Origin: Trichomonas gallinae
Taxonomy: Eukaryota
Assembly (NCBI GenBank): GCA_008369845.1
Contig: MRSU01004216.1
Span: forward strand, 1 to 52,979
Length of the DNA stretch: 52,979 nucleotides
Reading direction: 5' to 3'
Below the pieces are notes generated by a model. The model made no database searches. It saw only the letters and a program-made list of their open reading frames with translations, and was not told the origin of the DNA. The position numbers and the translations under genes were made by a program. Below are positions 10,248-22,500 of this stretch, piece by piece (the stretch's first letter is position 1; each line of letters begins with the position of its first letter).

Positions 10248-13200
10248 ATGTCGGTGAGGATAGAACCAGGGAAAGCTTTCTTCCCACCTTCATATATATC
10301 ATCAACATCGCAGATAATTGTAACGTTCACCAATCTGGAAAATACGCGAAAAAGTCTAGTTTTTCGAAGTAATCCTAAAAAATCTAATGATCAAACAAAA
10401 GATTCTGTTGATATTTATGATGCCAAACAGCGCGAAACACTACGTCCAGCAAGCAGATATGATAGAACTAACTTCCACTTCGATAGAGAAAGGATCGAAT
10501 TGTGGCCTAACGGCACTCAGCAAGTTCTATTGTATTTTACACCACAAATTGCGAAACAATGCGATGAGACAGTATACATATGCACGGAAGATAACTCTTT
10601 TGTCTATCCGTTCAAGATTACCGGACAAGGATTGCCTCCTGTAGCGACTTTTCTCACAGATTGCATTCAAGTTGGTCATGTTGGACTTGACTCTGTACTG
10701 GATTATCGTGTGGAATTGGCCAATGCCGGTCAAGTTGACATTGATTTCGAATTGGAGCCAAAAGAAACGAATGATTTGATATTTCAATTCAATCCTTCGA
10801 AAGGTCACTTAAAACAGGGCGGAATTATGCCAATAGAGATTAGATTCATCGCAACGAGCGTTGGAGCGTTTAATGAAACGTTTATTTACAAAGTAAAAGG
10901 CGCAACGAAGTCACATCCTCAAATTACATTCACAGGCAAAGTTGTTGGCCCTTCTTTCCAAATTACACCGAGAGTCGTTAATTTTGGAAATGTTGGGCTT
11001 GGCTTTTTAGTTTCGCAAAAAGTAACACTAGAAAACAAATCAGAAATACCATTTGATTATACATTCGAGGTGAAAACAGATGGAAATCACGAATTGCGAG
11101 AATTTTTAATCAAACCTTCGCGTGGACATATAGATAAGTTTTCTTCTATAGATATTAATATAGAACTCATTCCAAATAAAGTAAGGAACTACAATTTAGC
11201 CCTGCAATTCGGTATTGATCGTTTTCAAAAAACAATTCTTTCGATTCCAATTGTTGCAAACTGCGTTTGCCCAGATTTAACACTTAGCACAACAAATCTC
11301 GACTTCGGAAATGTATATATCGGCTACGAATACAACAAAACGATTTCTTTGCAAAATAACAGCGAATTTGCTGCAAGATACGAATTCAGCCCATTTGGAG
11401 AGCAAAGATGTGGCGAATTAACAGTTGAGAAGGAGGGTGGCATAGTTGAGCCGCATTCTTCATGTGATTTGCCTGTTTTATTGACTGGAAAAATTATTGG
11501 AAACATTAAAATGGAATGTTTGTTCAAAATAATTGGCAGTGATAAGCCACCACTCCATCTGGTTGTTAACGCTATTTGTACTGGCCCAACAATCCAATTT
11601 TCACATAATACAGTAAATTTCGGAAATATCAACATTCTAAAGCGTGAATGCAAGCAAATAACAATATCAAACAATTCTTTGATACCAGCTAAATTCAAAG
11701 CATCAATAGATCAAACAACATATACATTCGACAGCGAGATAACTGAAGGAGAAATTGCTCCAAATTCGACAATGACTTTCCCAGTTTTTGCAACAGTAAA
11801 CGACACTCTTTCGTTCCAGGGCAAAGTCAAGTTCATGTTCGACTACTTGACAGTCTCCCAGATACCTTTAATAGCGACAGGGGTTGGAACTCCAATTATT
11901 TCATCGATTGACATGACAGAAATAAATTTAGGATACATTTTAACCCAGATGCCCACGAAACTTCATTTCACTCTCAAAAACGTCTCTAAAAGAATGTACG
12001 AAGTAAGACTATCACACACTAAACCTCACGTTCCCAAAGATTCTCAAGCTGTCGTTCAATTATCAGTTGAACCAGATTTCGTCCAGATGATGCCTGACGA
12101 AGAATACGACTTCGAAATCTCTACATCATGCAACACGACTGTTTCTTTTACTGTACAAATACAGGTGAATGCAACCGTCCAGCGCTCGAGGGTTGAAGTT
12201 TATTCTACATTAATGAAGGCGACGTTTATTGATCCTGTTGTTAATTTTTCATCACAAACACTCGAATTCAAGCAGAGCACTTTACAGCCGCAGATAACAT
12301 ATGAAGAGATTAATCCATCTATGGATATAATGTCAGTAATCTCCAAGCCATTATCAATAACAAACACAAATCACATTCCTCTTCAATGCGAAGTTGAATG
12401 TCCTGTTCCTTTCTCAATTCCTGAATCAAAATTCACAATAGAACCATTACAGTGCTATAATACATCAGTTGTTTTCGATCCCAGCTTCAAGACAGACTTT
12501 AATAGTGAAATAATACAAAAGAAATTACAATTCACTTTTGACAACCATCCTCAGAAACAATTCGTTCAACTAAAAGCTATTATTAACTTCCCTAACATCA
12601 GTTTCGATCACGAAGGGCCAATAGACTTTGGAACAATGGTCGCAAACACTGAGCAAGTTAAGACTGTTTCTCTTTCTAACACTTTCGATAAAGAAATCGA
12701 ATATAAATGGGAAATTTTAGGATCGGTTGATGACGAAACGAAAGTTTTCGATGCATTTCCAATTAGAGGAACAATTGCTAAAGACGAAAGCATTCAAACA
12801 CACTTTTCATTCTTCGCTCAAGGTGCAGCTGATGGATCAACAAAGAAATATAAAGCAATCGCAGTTTGTCATGTTAAATCTGGTCCTGATTATACATTTG
12901 AACTGTCAGGAAGCTCAGCAACAATTAACTACAAAATCGAGCCGAAAACCATCGACTTCGGCAAGATAGATTTCATGTCTACTGTTTCTTCAGATGTTAT
13001 AATAGAAAACACTTCAAATGTTCCAATTTCTTTTTCAGTAAAAATACCGAAGCGCGCGAAATTCACAAATTTCAACATTTCTCCAATGACAGGAAAAGTT
13101 GAACCAAAATCACAAACAGAACTGAAAGTCACAATAACTCCTGGAATGCCAATAAAATTCAACGAAACATTTACAATACAAATCGGCAAATTCGAAGATA

Positions 13201-16200
13201 CACAAGTTATTTTGAATCTAGAAGGACAATTTGCGCAAGTTGAGCTCGACATTCCAAGAGCAATGAGGGATAAATCTTTGCAAGCATTGAACAAAAAACT
13301 CAACCAAAACAAAGTCGCTGCAATGAAATCAACGCTGCAGCTTCCTAAAGAATTACAATCTGATGATGACGACGAATCAGTTGCACCTGTTGTTCATACA
13401 ACTGAAGATCTTTTAAAGCAAGAAAAATCAATAATGCAAAACTTTTTGAAACTAATTAAAAACGAAAGACAGCAGATGTTTTCAACTAGAAATGACAACA
13501 ACTCTATTTTGCATGATGCTGATCCAATCGCATCATATGATGTCGAGTTCGGAACAATTGTTTTGGGCGACTCAAAATCTCAAAAATTCACAATCAAAAA
13601 CATGGCGCATTTCCCCATTTCTTTCAACATCGACGCCAGCCAAACAAAGAGGACTGGATTCAAAGTCGAACCGACTAATTTCCAGAACATTCCAGAAGGG
13701 GAGTCTGTGACTGTTGAAGCCAGTTTCAGCGTCGCAAATTACAGAAGTGGAACAACAGGAGAAGTCTCAATTCCAATTCCGATTGTCTTCAATGACGGAC
13801 ATAGAATCGATCTCGCGATTGCTTGCAATCTTAAAATTCCTTCATTAAGTTTGTCGCAACCGCATTTTGACTTCGGACAGGTTATTATCGGGCAGACAAA
13901 AATCATGACACTGCAGCTGCAAAACATGAATGTTGTTCCAATAGAATACAAATTCGATCCAGCACAACAGGTAGATATATTAAAGAGAACAGCGCAGAAA
14001 GAAAACGCAAATCAAGACAATCCAATCTTCCACGTTGTTCCTGATTCTGGTGTTCTTCCTCCTTCTTCTTTCATCAACATCGCAATCCACTTCTCGCCTA
14101 ATTCAGAGCGTCCTTATCAGATGCAGTTCCCGCTGAATTTAAAGCACTCGCCTGCACCAAGCTTTGTTACAGTTTCAGGAAATGGAGCTCAACTGACTTT
14201 GAACTTTAATCCACCTGAATTAGAACTCGCGACAACCATGCCTTATTCGACTCCTTCACTGTCAACAGTCATTGTTTCAAATCCAACGAAGTACCCAATA
14301 GATTTCTTCTCACTTCAATTTGACACAGCTTTGAACAACACGGAAGAACAAAACGCGAGAGAAGCTGAGTCTCCTTTCGTTACTTACACGCCAAAAGTCA
14401 AAGCACCAAATGCATCGAAATTCGGTTATTGTATTATTGTCGATGGACCTCCTTTGAGTGGTAAAACAACACTCGCAAACAATCTGAGTGATTTCTTCGG
14501 TCTACCTGTTGTCAACCTTGAAGAGTTCTTGGCTCTAGATGCAAATGAACAAGTTCCAAAATTATTGGATTATTTGAATGACATAAAATTTATGCACGGA
14601 TTCATTGTCGATGGATATGGAAATTTCAAAGAGCAAATTGCTCAAGTCGATGAACAATTCATCCAACATCAAGTCAAAGCCAAGAAGGATGCACTAGATG
14701 ATATTGTTGCTCATCCAATGTCTGTTTACTCGAATCAGAGCATGAGCTCATATTGCAACGCTCTCGACGTTCTTCTTAAGAGTCTCGACGGCCACTACGT
14801 CTTCCACATTGCTCTTGGATTGATTCCAGAGCAAGTTATGGAGCGCAAGGACTACGAAGACAATAAGAAGAAGCGCCAGGAGAGAAGAGAAAGAAGAGAA
14901 GAAGCTCTGACGTTGTTCGAAATGACTGAAGAAGAATACAACGCTTTGAGTCCAGAAAAACAGGAAGAAGTCGACGCAAAGAGAAGAAAATACAGAAAGG
15001 TTCCTAAGATAGAAGAGCCAGAAGGCAACGAAAAAGACAAGAAGAAGAGCAGCAGGAAGAGATCAAAGAAGGACAAAGAGAAAGAAGAAAAAGAGGAAGA
15101 GAAAAAGAAGGAAGAAGAAAAGCCGCAAATTCCAAAGAAGAAAACTAAAACATCAATTCCAACTGATCCTTACCAGTTCATGACATTAGTTTATCTTCTT
15201 TCTGTTGGTTTAATCAACCAGAAACTCTCCAAAGGCTCTGATCACTACAAAGTTGTCGATCCAAGCCAATTAAACACAATCGAAAAAGGACCAAATGTTT
15301 CTCTCAACTCTTTGTACGTCAATGCATTCGCTAAACCAGAAGCTGTCTTAGAAACAGTCAAACAGTTCTTGCCAAGCATAATGAGCCTCAAAGAATACGC
15401 TTTCAAGGGCCAAATTCCTCAGCCGATTGTCATTGATGATAACGTAACAGCCGACGCCATGAGATTATGGCCAAAGATTCCGAAGTGTTTCTATATATCT
15501 GATGCTGACCCAGCGAAGCTCAAACCTGGAGACTTGGAAGTTAGCAGAAGAGTTTTGACTCCTAAATGGCATCTTGAGCCAGGCCAAGAGATGACGATGC
15601 CGATTGTCTTCGATCCAGTTCAGCAGATTGGATCATTGAATGATCAATTAATGTTCGCGATCGAAAAATCGAGCACACCACCGATTGCACTTAAAGTCAG
15701 AGCGATTTCCGCCCTTCCTGCAGTTGACTTGACTCCTAAATCAATTTTCCCGAAGGTCTTCAAGAAGTATGATCCAAAGAACGCGCCATGTTTCGTCCTT
15801 GAGACAAACACTGTTAATTTCGGTTATTGTTTGCCGACGAAAGAACGCGGAAAGAATCCGCCGAAATATACAATGCCAATCACAATCTGCAATACAGGAA
15901 AGATGCCGGCTGAAGTCACCACAATGTTCTCAAATTGCCAGCAGAAACAGACGACATGGTCATGCGAACCAGCAGCTTTCACTGTTCCACCAAATGAGAA
16001 AGTTTCAGTGACTCTCGGATTCAATCCAACAACAGTAGAAGTCCACAAAGCTTTGTTTAATCTCGTTGTCAAAGACAATCCAGATCCTTTCTTCTTCGAT
16101 GTTGAAGGCGAATGCTGCAATCCATCAATAGAAGTCGCTCATCCTCAAATCGAGTTCGACAAGATTTTGATCAACTCAGAAAAACAAAGAAAACTCGAGA

Positions 16201-19200
16201 TCAAGAACATCGGAAAAGTTGTCGCTTACTGGCACATCAAGAACGCAAACCAACTCGGTGGACAAGTAACATTTAACATCTTAGAAGGCATGATTTCTCC
16301 TAAAGGAACAACGACAATCATCGCGAAGATGATGAGCAACAAACCAGTTCAGCTCAAGAAAGGAGTAACAATAGAAGTCTTGGATCAAGACAAATCTCAT
16401 GTTTTCGAGTCCATAAACATTCCTATAACAGGAGAAGTCTTCGATGTCAACTTTGACGTCGCTTTCACTAAATCAAACACTCCGGACACTTTGGATTACG
16501 GTTTGATGAAAGTCGGCCAATCTAAGTCAGCAACAATCGGCATGAAGAACAGAGGCAAGTATCCAGTAAACTTCAATGCAACTATTGATCCCAAACTCGC
16601 GAGATTCTTGACTCTCCAGCCAACAGAAGGAACAGTTACTTCATCAGACAAGAACCCGCAGATTGTCGCAACATTCGACTCGAGCTCAGTTCTCAAGTTT
16701 AACGTGCAAGAAGGCGTTGTTTTGCAGATAATTGATTCGCAAACGAAGGCTGTCACAGCGACACTGAAATATCCAGTTATTGCTCAAGCTGTTTACAACT
16801 CTTACACAGTTTCATGTGGCCATGGAATTGATTTCGGCTCGATTTCTTCTCTGCAGAATATAACGAAAGAATTCCAGATAAAGAACACTGGCTTGTTCCC
16901 GATCGAATACGAAATCAGAGACAAAACAGAAGCGAAAGAACAAGAGAAGAATTCAGCTAAAAAGGCACCAGCGAAACCGCCGCCAAAGAAAGGAAAGCCA
17001 ATATCATCTACTGGACCATTCAGTCTCAATCCTATGTACGGAACAATTCATCCAGGGCAGACACAAACTGTCTCTGTAGAATTCAACACATCAACTCCAG
17101 GAAAACAGGCTTCTTCTTTCGTTTTGTCGGTCAACGAAACTGCTCCAAACGAAGGAACAACGACGCTCAAATTCCGCGGTGTTTCATTCACACCAACACT
17201 CAGCATGTCCCAGCCCGATAAAGTTTTCGGAAAGCTTCCTTTGTGCATCAGAATCGATTTGGCAAGAAAAGAGATGAACTGTTTCATCGAAGATGACCAA
17301 ACAATTCACTTCGCGCCAAGAATCCTGAGCCAAAAGGATTCTATTCCACTTACATTAACAAATACTCTTCCTATCGACTGCCCAGTTGATTTAATCATCA
17401 AGCCAAAGGCCAAAGGACCATGTCCATTCGATATCGACATGAAGACAATAAACATTGCAACGAATTCATCACAAGTTGTGAATTTGACATTTGCTCCTCC
17501 AACGTGTGACGCTTTCCAGGCAACTCTCGAAGTAATCGCTAAAGGAGGAACAACAGCAGCTAAATATAACCTAGAAGGATCCGGTGCTCTTCCTTCTGTT
17601 ACTATGATCACACAACTAGACAAGCAGAAGAACGGCTACATGATAAACATGGGCAAAACATTGATTGGAACAGATAAGAGCCGTGAAATTTCATTTATCA
17701 ATGATAAACTCATTGCCGCGAATGTAACTGTCAATGCCAAACCAACACCGGACTTTGAGTTACTCGGATTGGAGCAGATGAACTTCACTGTTCCTCCAGG
17801 ACAAACATTCAAACTCAATTTCGTCCACAGACCTCAAAAGGCGAGAAAGAGTCAACTCGATGTCACGATAATTGTCGCAGACAACCCGAAGTTCAGTGTT
17901 CCTATATCAGCGGCTGGCGAAGGCTTCTGCGAAGATGTTCAATTCGAAGGAATCGGCGATGACAACGATTTGCACTTCGTCGATGCTGTCGTTGGCAGAG
18001 GACAAAACGCAACATTCATGTTAAAGAATGTCAGCGACTCTGACATAAGATTCGTTTTCTCATCGCAGTCAGAGATTTCGTTTGTCCCTCGTATTGGCCA
18101 TCTCAGACGCTTCCAGGTCAAGGAAATCACGTCAACCTTCTTTTGCGACAAACCTCTTAAACTTTCGCCAGGAAAAGCTGCTTGTCAGATCACAAAAATC
18201 GATCTGGATGAAGATGCTCAAGACTGGGATGATGCAAAACGTATTGTCACTTTCATCAAGCGCTCTGAGTTAGAGGCAGAGCAGCAGCAATTATTGCAGC
18301 AACAAACTGAACAGCAGCAGCAGCAACAGCAACAAACGTCAGCAAAGAACTCGAAGAATCAGAAGAACCAGAAAGAGCCAGAAAAGCCACCTGTTGTTGA
18401 AAAATCGCCAGAACTTCCTCCTATATCGAGGAACCCACATGAAATGGTCAGAAGAACATCAACAGCTCCTGAACCAACATATAAAGTCGTCCCAGGCTCC
18501 AAGCCGCATGATATTCCACTTAAAGTCTTCGTTGTTTCTGACCAGATCAAATATACAATTGACACAACAGAAATTTCGTTTGCCCCAACAATGATGTTCC
18601 AGAACAGAACAACAGAAGTTCACCTGACAAACACATGCAGCATCAGAATCGAATACACATGGTCGTTAAAGAAATTCGAGTCACTGAGAACGAATTACGC
18701 GAAAACTGCTGGTCCTGCATTCACCATCAGACCAACAACAGGTTTCATCGAGCCAGGCCAGACAACAACATTCAAAGTCGTTTTCGCGCCACTTGAAGTC
18801 GATGATTTCAAGGGAATTCTCGAGTGCAGCATTGGCTATTTGATTGGAGAGTCACCTAAAATCATGCTTTCAGCCCTTTCTAGGAGGCCACTCTGCCACT
18901 TTAATGTGGAGCCAAGCGATTATCTTCAGCACAGACATCCAGACTTTACTTATGCACTTCCTGAAGGTGTCAGAGTCATTGAGTTCTTCGCCAAGGCTCC
19001 TGGCTCGAGAACAGTGAAGAGGATCGAGATGATCAATCCAACGGCTGATTTATATGAAACAGTTTGGACTCCAGCCAACGAACAATCTACAGAATGCATC
19101 AAATGCGATTCAAATTCCGCGTTAGTCAGTTCAGGAAAGCACTACTTCTTCACATTCTCATACACTCCTAAGACTGCCCGTCTGATCGAGTCACTCTGGG

Positions 19201-19265
19201 AGTTCGAGATACATAAGCATGGAATCAAAGTGCCTTTCTTATTCGTAGGAAGAATCGCTCACTAA
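10248..19265 (+). CDS. HYDIN: Hydin-like axonemal central-pair protein (ASH/PapD-like Ig repeats + adenylate-kinase-like domain), 3005 aa
   Basis: Many ASH-type repeats (DFG...L.N.S..P..F....P..G.I.P). P-loop GPPLSGKT at 14445-14468, followed by a K/E-rich region. C-terminal W.F.I....VPFLFVG. Confidence 0.88.
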   Translation: MSVRIEPGKAFFPPSYISSTSQIIVTFTNLENTRKSLVFRSNPKKSNDQTKDSVDIYDAKQRETLRPASRYDRTNFHFDRERIELWPNGTQQVLLYFTPQIAKQCDETVYICTEDNSFVYPFKITGQGLPPVATFLTDCIQVGHVGLDSVLDYRVELANAGQVDIDFELEPKETNDLIFQFNPSKGHLKQGGIMPIEIRFIATSVGAFNETFIYKVKGATKSHPQITFTGKVVGPSFQITPRVVNFGNVGLGFLVSQKVTLENKSEIPFDYTFEVKTDGNHELREFLIKPSRGHIDKFSSIDINIELIPNKVRNYNLALQFGIDRFQKTILSIPIVANCVCPDLTLSTTNLDFGNVYIGYEYNKTISLQNNSEFAARYEFSPFGEQRCGELTVEKEGGIVEPHSSCDLPVLLTGKIIGNIKMECLFKIIGSDKPPLHLVVNAICTGPTIQFSHNTVNFGNINILKRECKQITISNNSLIPAKFKASIDQTTYTFDSEITEGEIAPNSTMTFPVFATVNDTLSFQGKVKFMFDYLTVSQIPLIATGVGTPIISSIDMTEINLGYILTQMPTKLHFTLKNVSKRMYEVRLSHTKPHVPKDSQAVVQLSVEPDFVQMMPDEEYDFEISTSCNTTVSFTVQIQVNATVQRSRVEVYSTLMKATFIDPVVNFSSQTLEFKQSTLQPQITYEEINPSMDIMSVISKPLSITNTNHIPLQCEVECPVPFSIPESKFTIEPLQCYNTSVVFDPSFKTDFNSEIIQKKLQFTFDNHPQKQFVQLKAIINFPNISFDHEGPIDFGTMVANTEQVKTVSLSNTFDKEIEYKWEILGSVDDETKVFDAFPIRGTIAKDESIQTHFSFFAQGAADGSTKKYKAIAVCHVKSGPDYTFELSGSSATINYKIEPKTIDFGKIDFMSTVSSDVIIENTSNVPISFSVKIPKRAKFTNFNISPMTGKVEPKSQTELKVTITPGMPIKFNETFTIQIGKFEDTQVILNLEGQFAQVELDIPRAMRDKSLQALNKKLNQNKVAAMKSTLQLPKELQSDDDDESVAPVVHTTEDLLKQEKSIMQNFLKLIKNERQQMFSTRNDNNSILHDADPIASYDVEFGTIVLGDSKSQKFTIKNMAHFPISFNIDASQTKRTGFKVEPTNFQNIPEGESVTVEASFSVANYRSGTTGEVSIPIPIVFNDGHRIDLAIACNLKIPSLSLSQPHFDFGQVIIGQTKIMTLQLQNMNVVPIEYKFDPAQQVDILKRTAQKENANQDNPIFHVVPDSGVLPPSSFINIAIHFSPNSERPYQMQFPLNLKHSPAPSFVTVSGNGAQLTLNFNPPELELATTMPYSTPSLSTVIVSNPTKYPIDFFSLQFDTALNNTEEQNAREAESPFVTYTPKVKAPNASKFGYCIIVDGPPLSGKTTLANNLSDFFGLPVVNLEEFLALDANEQVPKLLDYLNDIKFMHGFIVDGYGNFKEQIAQVDEQFIQHQVKAKKDALDDIVAHPMSVYSNQSMSSYCNALDVLLKSLDGHYVFHIALGLIPEQVMERKDYEDNKKKRQERRERREEALTLFEMTEEEYNALSPEKQEEVDAKRRKYRKVPKIEEPEGNEKDKKKSSRKRSKKDKEKEEKEEEKKKEEEKPQIPKKKTKTSIPTDPYQFMTLVYLLSVGLINQKLSKGSDHYKVVDPSQLNTIEKGPNVSLNSLYVNAFAKPEAVLETVKQFLPSIMSLKEYAFKGQIPQPIVIDDNVTADAMRLWPKIPKCFYISDADPAKLKPGDLEVSRRVLTPKWHLEPGQEMTMPIVFDPVQQIGSLNDQLMFAIEKSSTPPIALKVRAISALPAVDLTPKSIFPKVFKKYDPKNAPCFVLETNTVNFGYCLPTKERGKNPPKYTMPITICNTGKMPAEVTTMFSNCQQKQTTWSCEPAAFTVPPNEKVSVTLGFNPTTVEVHKALFNLVVKDNPDPFFFDVEGECCNPSIEVAHPQIEFDKILINSEKQRKLEIKNIGKVVAYWHIKNANQLGGQVTFNILEGMISPKGTTTIIAKMMSNKPVQLKKGVTIEVLDQDKSHVFESINIPITGEVFDVNFDVAFTKSNTPDTLDYGLMKVGQSKSATIGMKNRGKYPVNFNATIDPKLARFLTLQPTEGTVTSSDKNPQIVATFDSSSVLKFNVQEGVVLQIIDSQTKAVTATLKYPVIAQAVYNSYTVSCGHGIDFGSISSLQNITKEFQIKNTGLFPIEYEIRDKTEAKEQEKNSAKKAPAKPPPKKGKPISSTGPFSLNPMYGTIHPGQTQTVSVEFNTSTPGKQASSFVLSVNETAPNEGTTTLKFRGVSFTPTLSMSQPDKVFGKLPLCIRIDLARKEMNCFIEDDQTIHFAPRILSQKDSIPLTLTNTLPIDCPVDLIIKPKAKGPCPFDIDMKTINIATNSSQVVNLTFAPPTCDAFQATLEVIAKGGTTAAKYNLEGSGALPSVTMITQLDKQKNGYMINMGKTLIGTDKSREISFINDKLIAANVTVNAKPTPDFELLGLEQMNFTVPPGQTFKLNFVHRPQKARKSQLDVTIIVADNPKFSVPISAAGEGFCEDVQFEGIGDDNDLHFVDAVVGRGQNATFMLKNVSDSDIRFVFSSQSEISFVPRIGHLRRFQVKEITSTFFCDKPLKLSPGKAACQITKIDLDEDAQDWDDAKRIVTFIKRSELEAEQQQLLQQQTEQQQQQQQQTSAKNSKNQKNQKEPEKPPVVEKSPELPPISRNPHEMVRRTSTAPEPTYKVVPGSKPHDIPLKVFVVSDQIKYTIDTTEISFAPTMMFQNRTTEVHLTNTCSIRIEYTWSLKKFESLRTNYAKTAGPAFTIRPTTGFIEPGQTTTFKVVFAPLEVDDFKGILECSIGYLIGESPKIMLSALSRRPLCHFNVEPSDYLQHRHPDFTYALPEGVRVIEFFAKAPGSRTVKRIEMINPTADLYETVWTPANEQSTECIKCDSNSALVSSGKHYFFTFSYTPKTARLIESLWEFEIHKHGIKVPFLFVGRIAH
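18282..18335 (+). repeat. CAG/CAA poly-Gln tract inside Hydin
   Basis: Encodes QQQLLQQQTEQQQQQQQQ. Confidence 0.85.
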
Positions 19266-19594
19266 TTTATTTATACAATATTTTTTTTGTTTCTTTTATA
19301 AAATGTAAATTCTATTTTAATCCAAATCTCTTTATATCCATAATTAAGCACTCTAAAAAATCAGAATTAATTTATCAAATTTCAATTTCTTGTTTATGAA
19401 TAAGCTGTAATGAAAAATGTTTGTAGTTCTAATATTTGAAATGTTTGATGAATTTCGAGATACTAATTTATTACTAATATTATTACATGAAATATAATTG
19501 ATTTGAGTCTTGATGATTTGAAAGTTGATTGACTATATATGAAATTGATATATTCAAAACAATAAAACACTTTAAGTATAAACAAATATAAAAA

Positions 19595-22500
19595 TTAATT
19601 ATATGTTTCAGCTCTCTTTTGGAACCTGGCGTTCAAAACGTCTTCATATTCCTCAGGTGGCTCCGGAATCGGAATATTTAAGTCTTTGCACTGTTTGATT
19701 TGCTTGTCAATCTTCGTTGCTGTAGATCCTGCTCTCATCTTAATCACGTCGATTGCTTCTTTGATTTCGTTGAGTCTTACCTGCAGCCAGAGAAGCTCAT
19801 CATCACATGTGAGAGTGATTGTGCTGTTTGTGACACCTTTCAAGCTGAAAAATCTCTGTTTTTGCTTCTCAACAGTTTGCTCGAGTTTTTCGACTTTCTC
19901 GGACAAAACTTTTTCAGTTTCTTCGTTGTATTTCTGCTGCAAACTCGTCATTGTGTCTTTCAGCGCGTCGCACTCTATCCTCAGGAAGTCATTTATCCTT
20001 ATGGCGTCCTTCATTTTCTGTCGTGAATTCTTCAAATCGTCGCACATCGCTTTGATGTCTATCTTCGGTGAGGCGACTTTTTCTCTGATTTCTCTTTGTA
20101 TTGACTCATTAATTGTCTGTAGGTCTACTACCTTCCTTTCGAGCTTCACCAGATCTATTTCTCTCTGCTTCAGGATTTTGTCTACACCTTCCAATCTTTC
20201 CTTTCTTCTCTCGATTTTCTCTCTGTCGCTCATGTTCATTTTAATTTGTCTGAGCCTTTCTGGTTTTGAGCTGAAATCCTGCGCATCGATGTTCTTGAGC
20301 TTAGCCATCAAGCCATTTAACTCGTTTGTCTTTCTGTCGTTTGCTAATCTTATTACAGATAATTCTAATTCTAGTTTAGCCGCGCTGTCTCTTAAGTCCA
20401 ATGCCTGCTGTTCTTGAAGAAATGTCTCTGATGTTTTTGCGTTATTCTCTGCAATTTGGTTTTTGAGATCTTGAATTTCGACTTCGCTTTTAGCCAGCGT
20501 TTCTATGTCAACGGTTGACTTGGATGTGGTGGCTGGCTCCTTGGTGAACTGTGCAACATCCTTTTGGAACGAAAGAGAAGAAATTTTTTGTTTTAATTCT
20601 AGTTCTCTTTGCTTTATTATCTCTTCATTCACGGAAATGGACTGATCTATATCATGTATTGACGTTTCAAGGGCTGAAATTTCATTAAAAACTTTTTCGT
20701 GAAGCATCAAATTTAAATGTTTTTGCTGATTCTCTGTATTCCTATATTCCTGTAATGCACTGTAGTCTGTCATGATCTCTGTATCATTCATTTGTGCCTC
20801 CATGTTAGATTTAAATTTCGATAATTCTTCTTGATTCAATTCGATTCCTTCTATGTCGTGGTGGTATTTCTTTGGCGTCTGTGGGTTCGTGTGATGAATC
20901 TTTTTAACTTTCTTCTCAACTTTCTGTTTTGTTTTCGTTCCTCTTGTTCCATCTTCGTTCTCTGAGTAAATGTAATCGTATTCGTCTCCATTGTCCTTAG
21001 TAACACGTCTGGTGAACTTTTTGTCGCCTTTCTTGTATCTCTTTTTAGATCCTTTTGATCCATCTTCATTCTCAGAGTAAACGTAGTCATACTCATCGCC
21101 ATCACTTTTCACTACATGTCTATTATACTTCTTGTGTCTCTTTTTAGATCCTTTGGTCCCATCCTCATTTTCAGAATAAGAATAATCATATTCATCGCCA
21201 TTGTCTTTGATTACATGACGGGTGATTCTCTTATCACGTTTCTTGTATTTCTTCTTATTCGTTTTTTCTCCATCTTCATCTTCTGAATAAACATAATCAT
21301 ATTCATCACCATTTTCTTTAGAAACTTGTCTTGTGAACTTCTTGTCACGTTTCTTATATCGTTTCTTATCATTTCTGTTGCCTTTTTCGTCTTCTGAATA
21401 AACATAATCATATTCGTCACCGTTTTCTTTTTTTACACGTCTTGATAAGCGCTTATCTTTTCCTACTTTGTATCTCTTTTTGTCTCCTTTTGTTCCATCT
21501 TCGTTTTCTGAATATTCATATTCAAATTCATCGCCATTGTCTTTAACAACATGTCTTCTAAACTTTTTGCCATATTTCTTGTATTTCTTCTTTGTTCCTT
21601 TCGTTCCATCTTCATTTTCTGAATATTCATAATCATATTCATCGCCATTATCTTTAATAACATGACGTGTTATCTTTTTATCGCCTTTTTTATAACGTTT
21701 CTTCGTTCCTTTTGTTCCATCTTCGTTTTCTGAATAAACATAATCATATTCATCTCCATTTTCTTTAACAACGTGACGATTAAATCTTCCCTGCTTCTTA
21801 CTTCCTTGCTGTAATAATGAATCTGGTATTTTATCATGCGAGCCAAATTTGATTGAATCAATGCTTTCACCGCGTGCTAGAGATCTCAAATTTTCATCTT
21901 CGAAGTCATCTTCATCGAGTAAATCAATCAAGTCGAAATATTCGATAATTTCATCTTCGTTAATCTTTTTGTTTTGCAAATTCGTTGTATTTAGTTTTGT
22001 ATTCTCTAATTCTCTGTAAAGCCGATTATTTTCTTTGATTTTTTGTAGGAGAATCTGAAGAAGCTTTTCTAGCTGCTTTCCATTTTCGTTATCAAATTGA
22101 ATTGCTTGATTTACAGCCAATTCGCGTTCTGCTCGTAATTTATTGTTAGCTTCCCTTAGACTTTTGTATAGGCCTTTCTGATTATTGATTAACTGTTGAA
22201 CTTCATCAACATTCGGATTATTTTTAAGCATTTCGAGGACATGTTGCTCAATTTCCTCAGTATCCTCTTTATATTTCTTCGATAGTTTCTTCATAGCGAG
22301 AATGGTTTGATTTGGGCTTTGGTCAACAACGAATTTTTTCAAAGTTGCATTTTTCACACGTAATTTATTTAATTTCGCTTGATTTTCTTTAATAGTTCGG
22401 TCATATTCTTTGATTGATTTGTTTGTTTTATCCAAAATCCCGCATCTTTCGTTATAACTTTTTAATAAACGCTCGTTTGCTGAAAGAACGGAAGAAATGG

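Noticed and set aside
20730..22018. Two further TACAGAGAA matches on the minus strand (20730-20738 and 22010-22018)
   Set aside because: Both are inside a K/E/R-rich coding region with no evident hairpin or SAM link. Treated as chance, and as a caution for the MAT finding.
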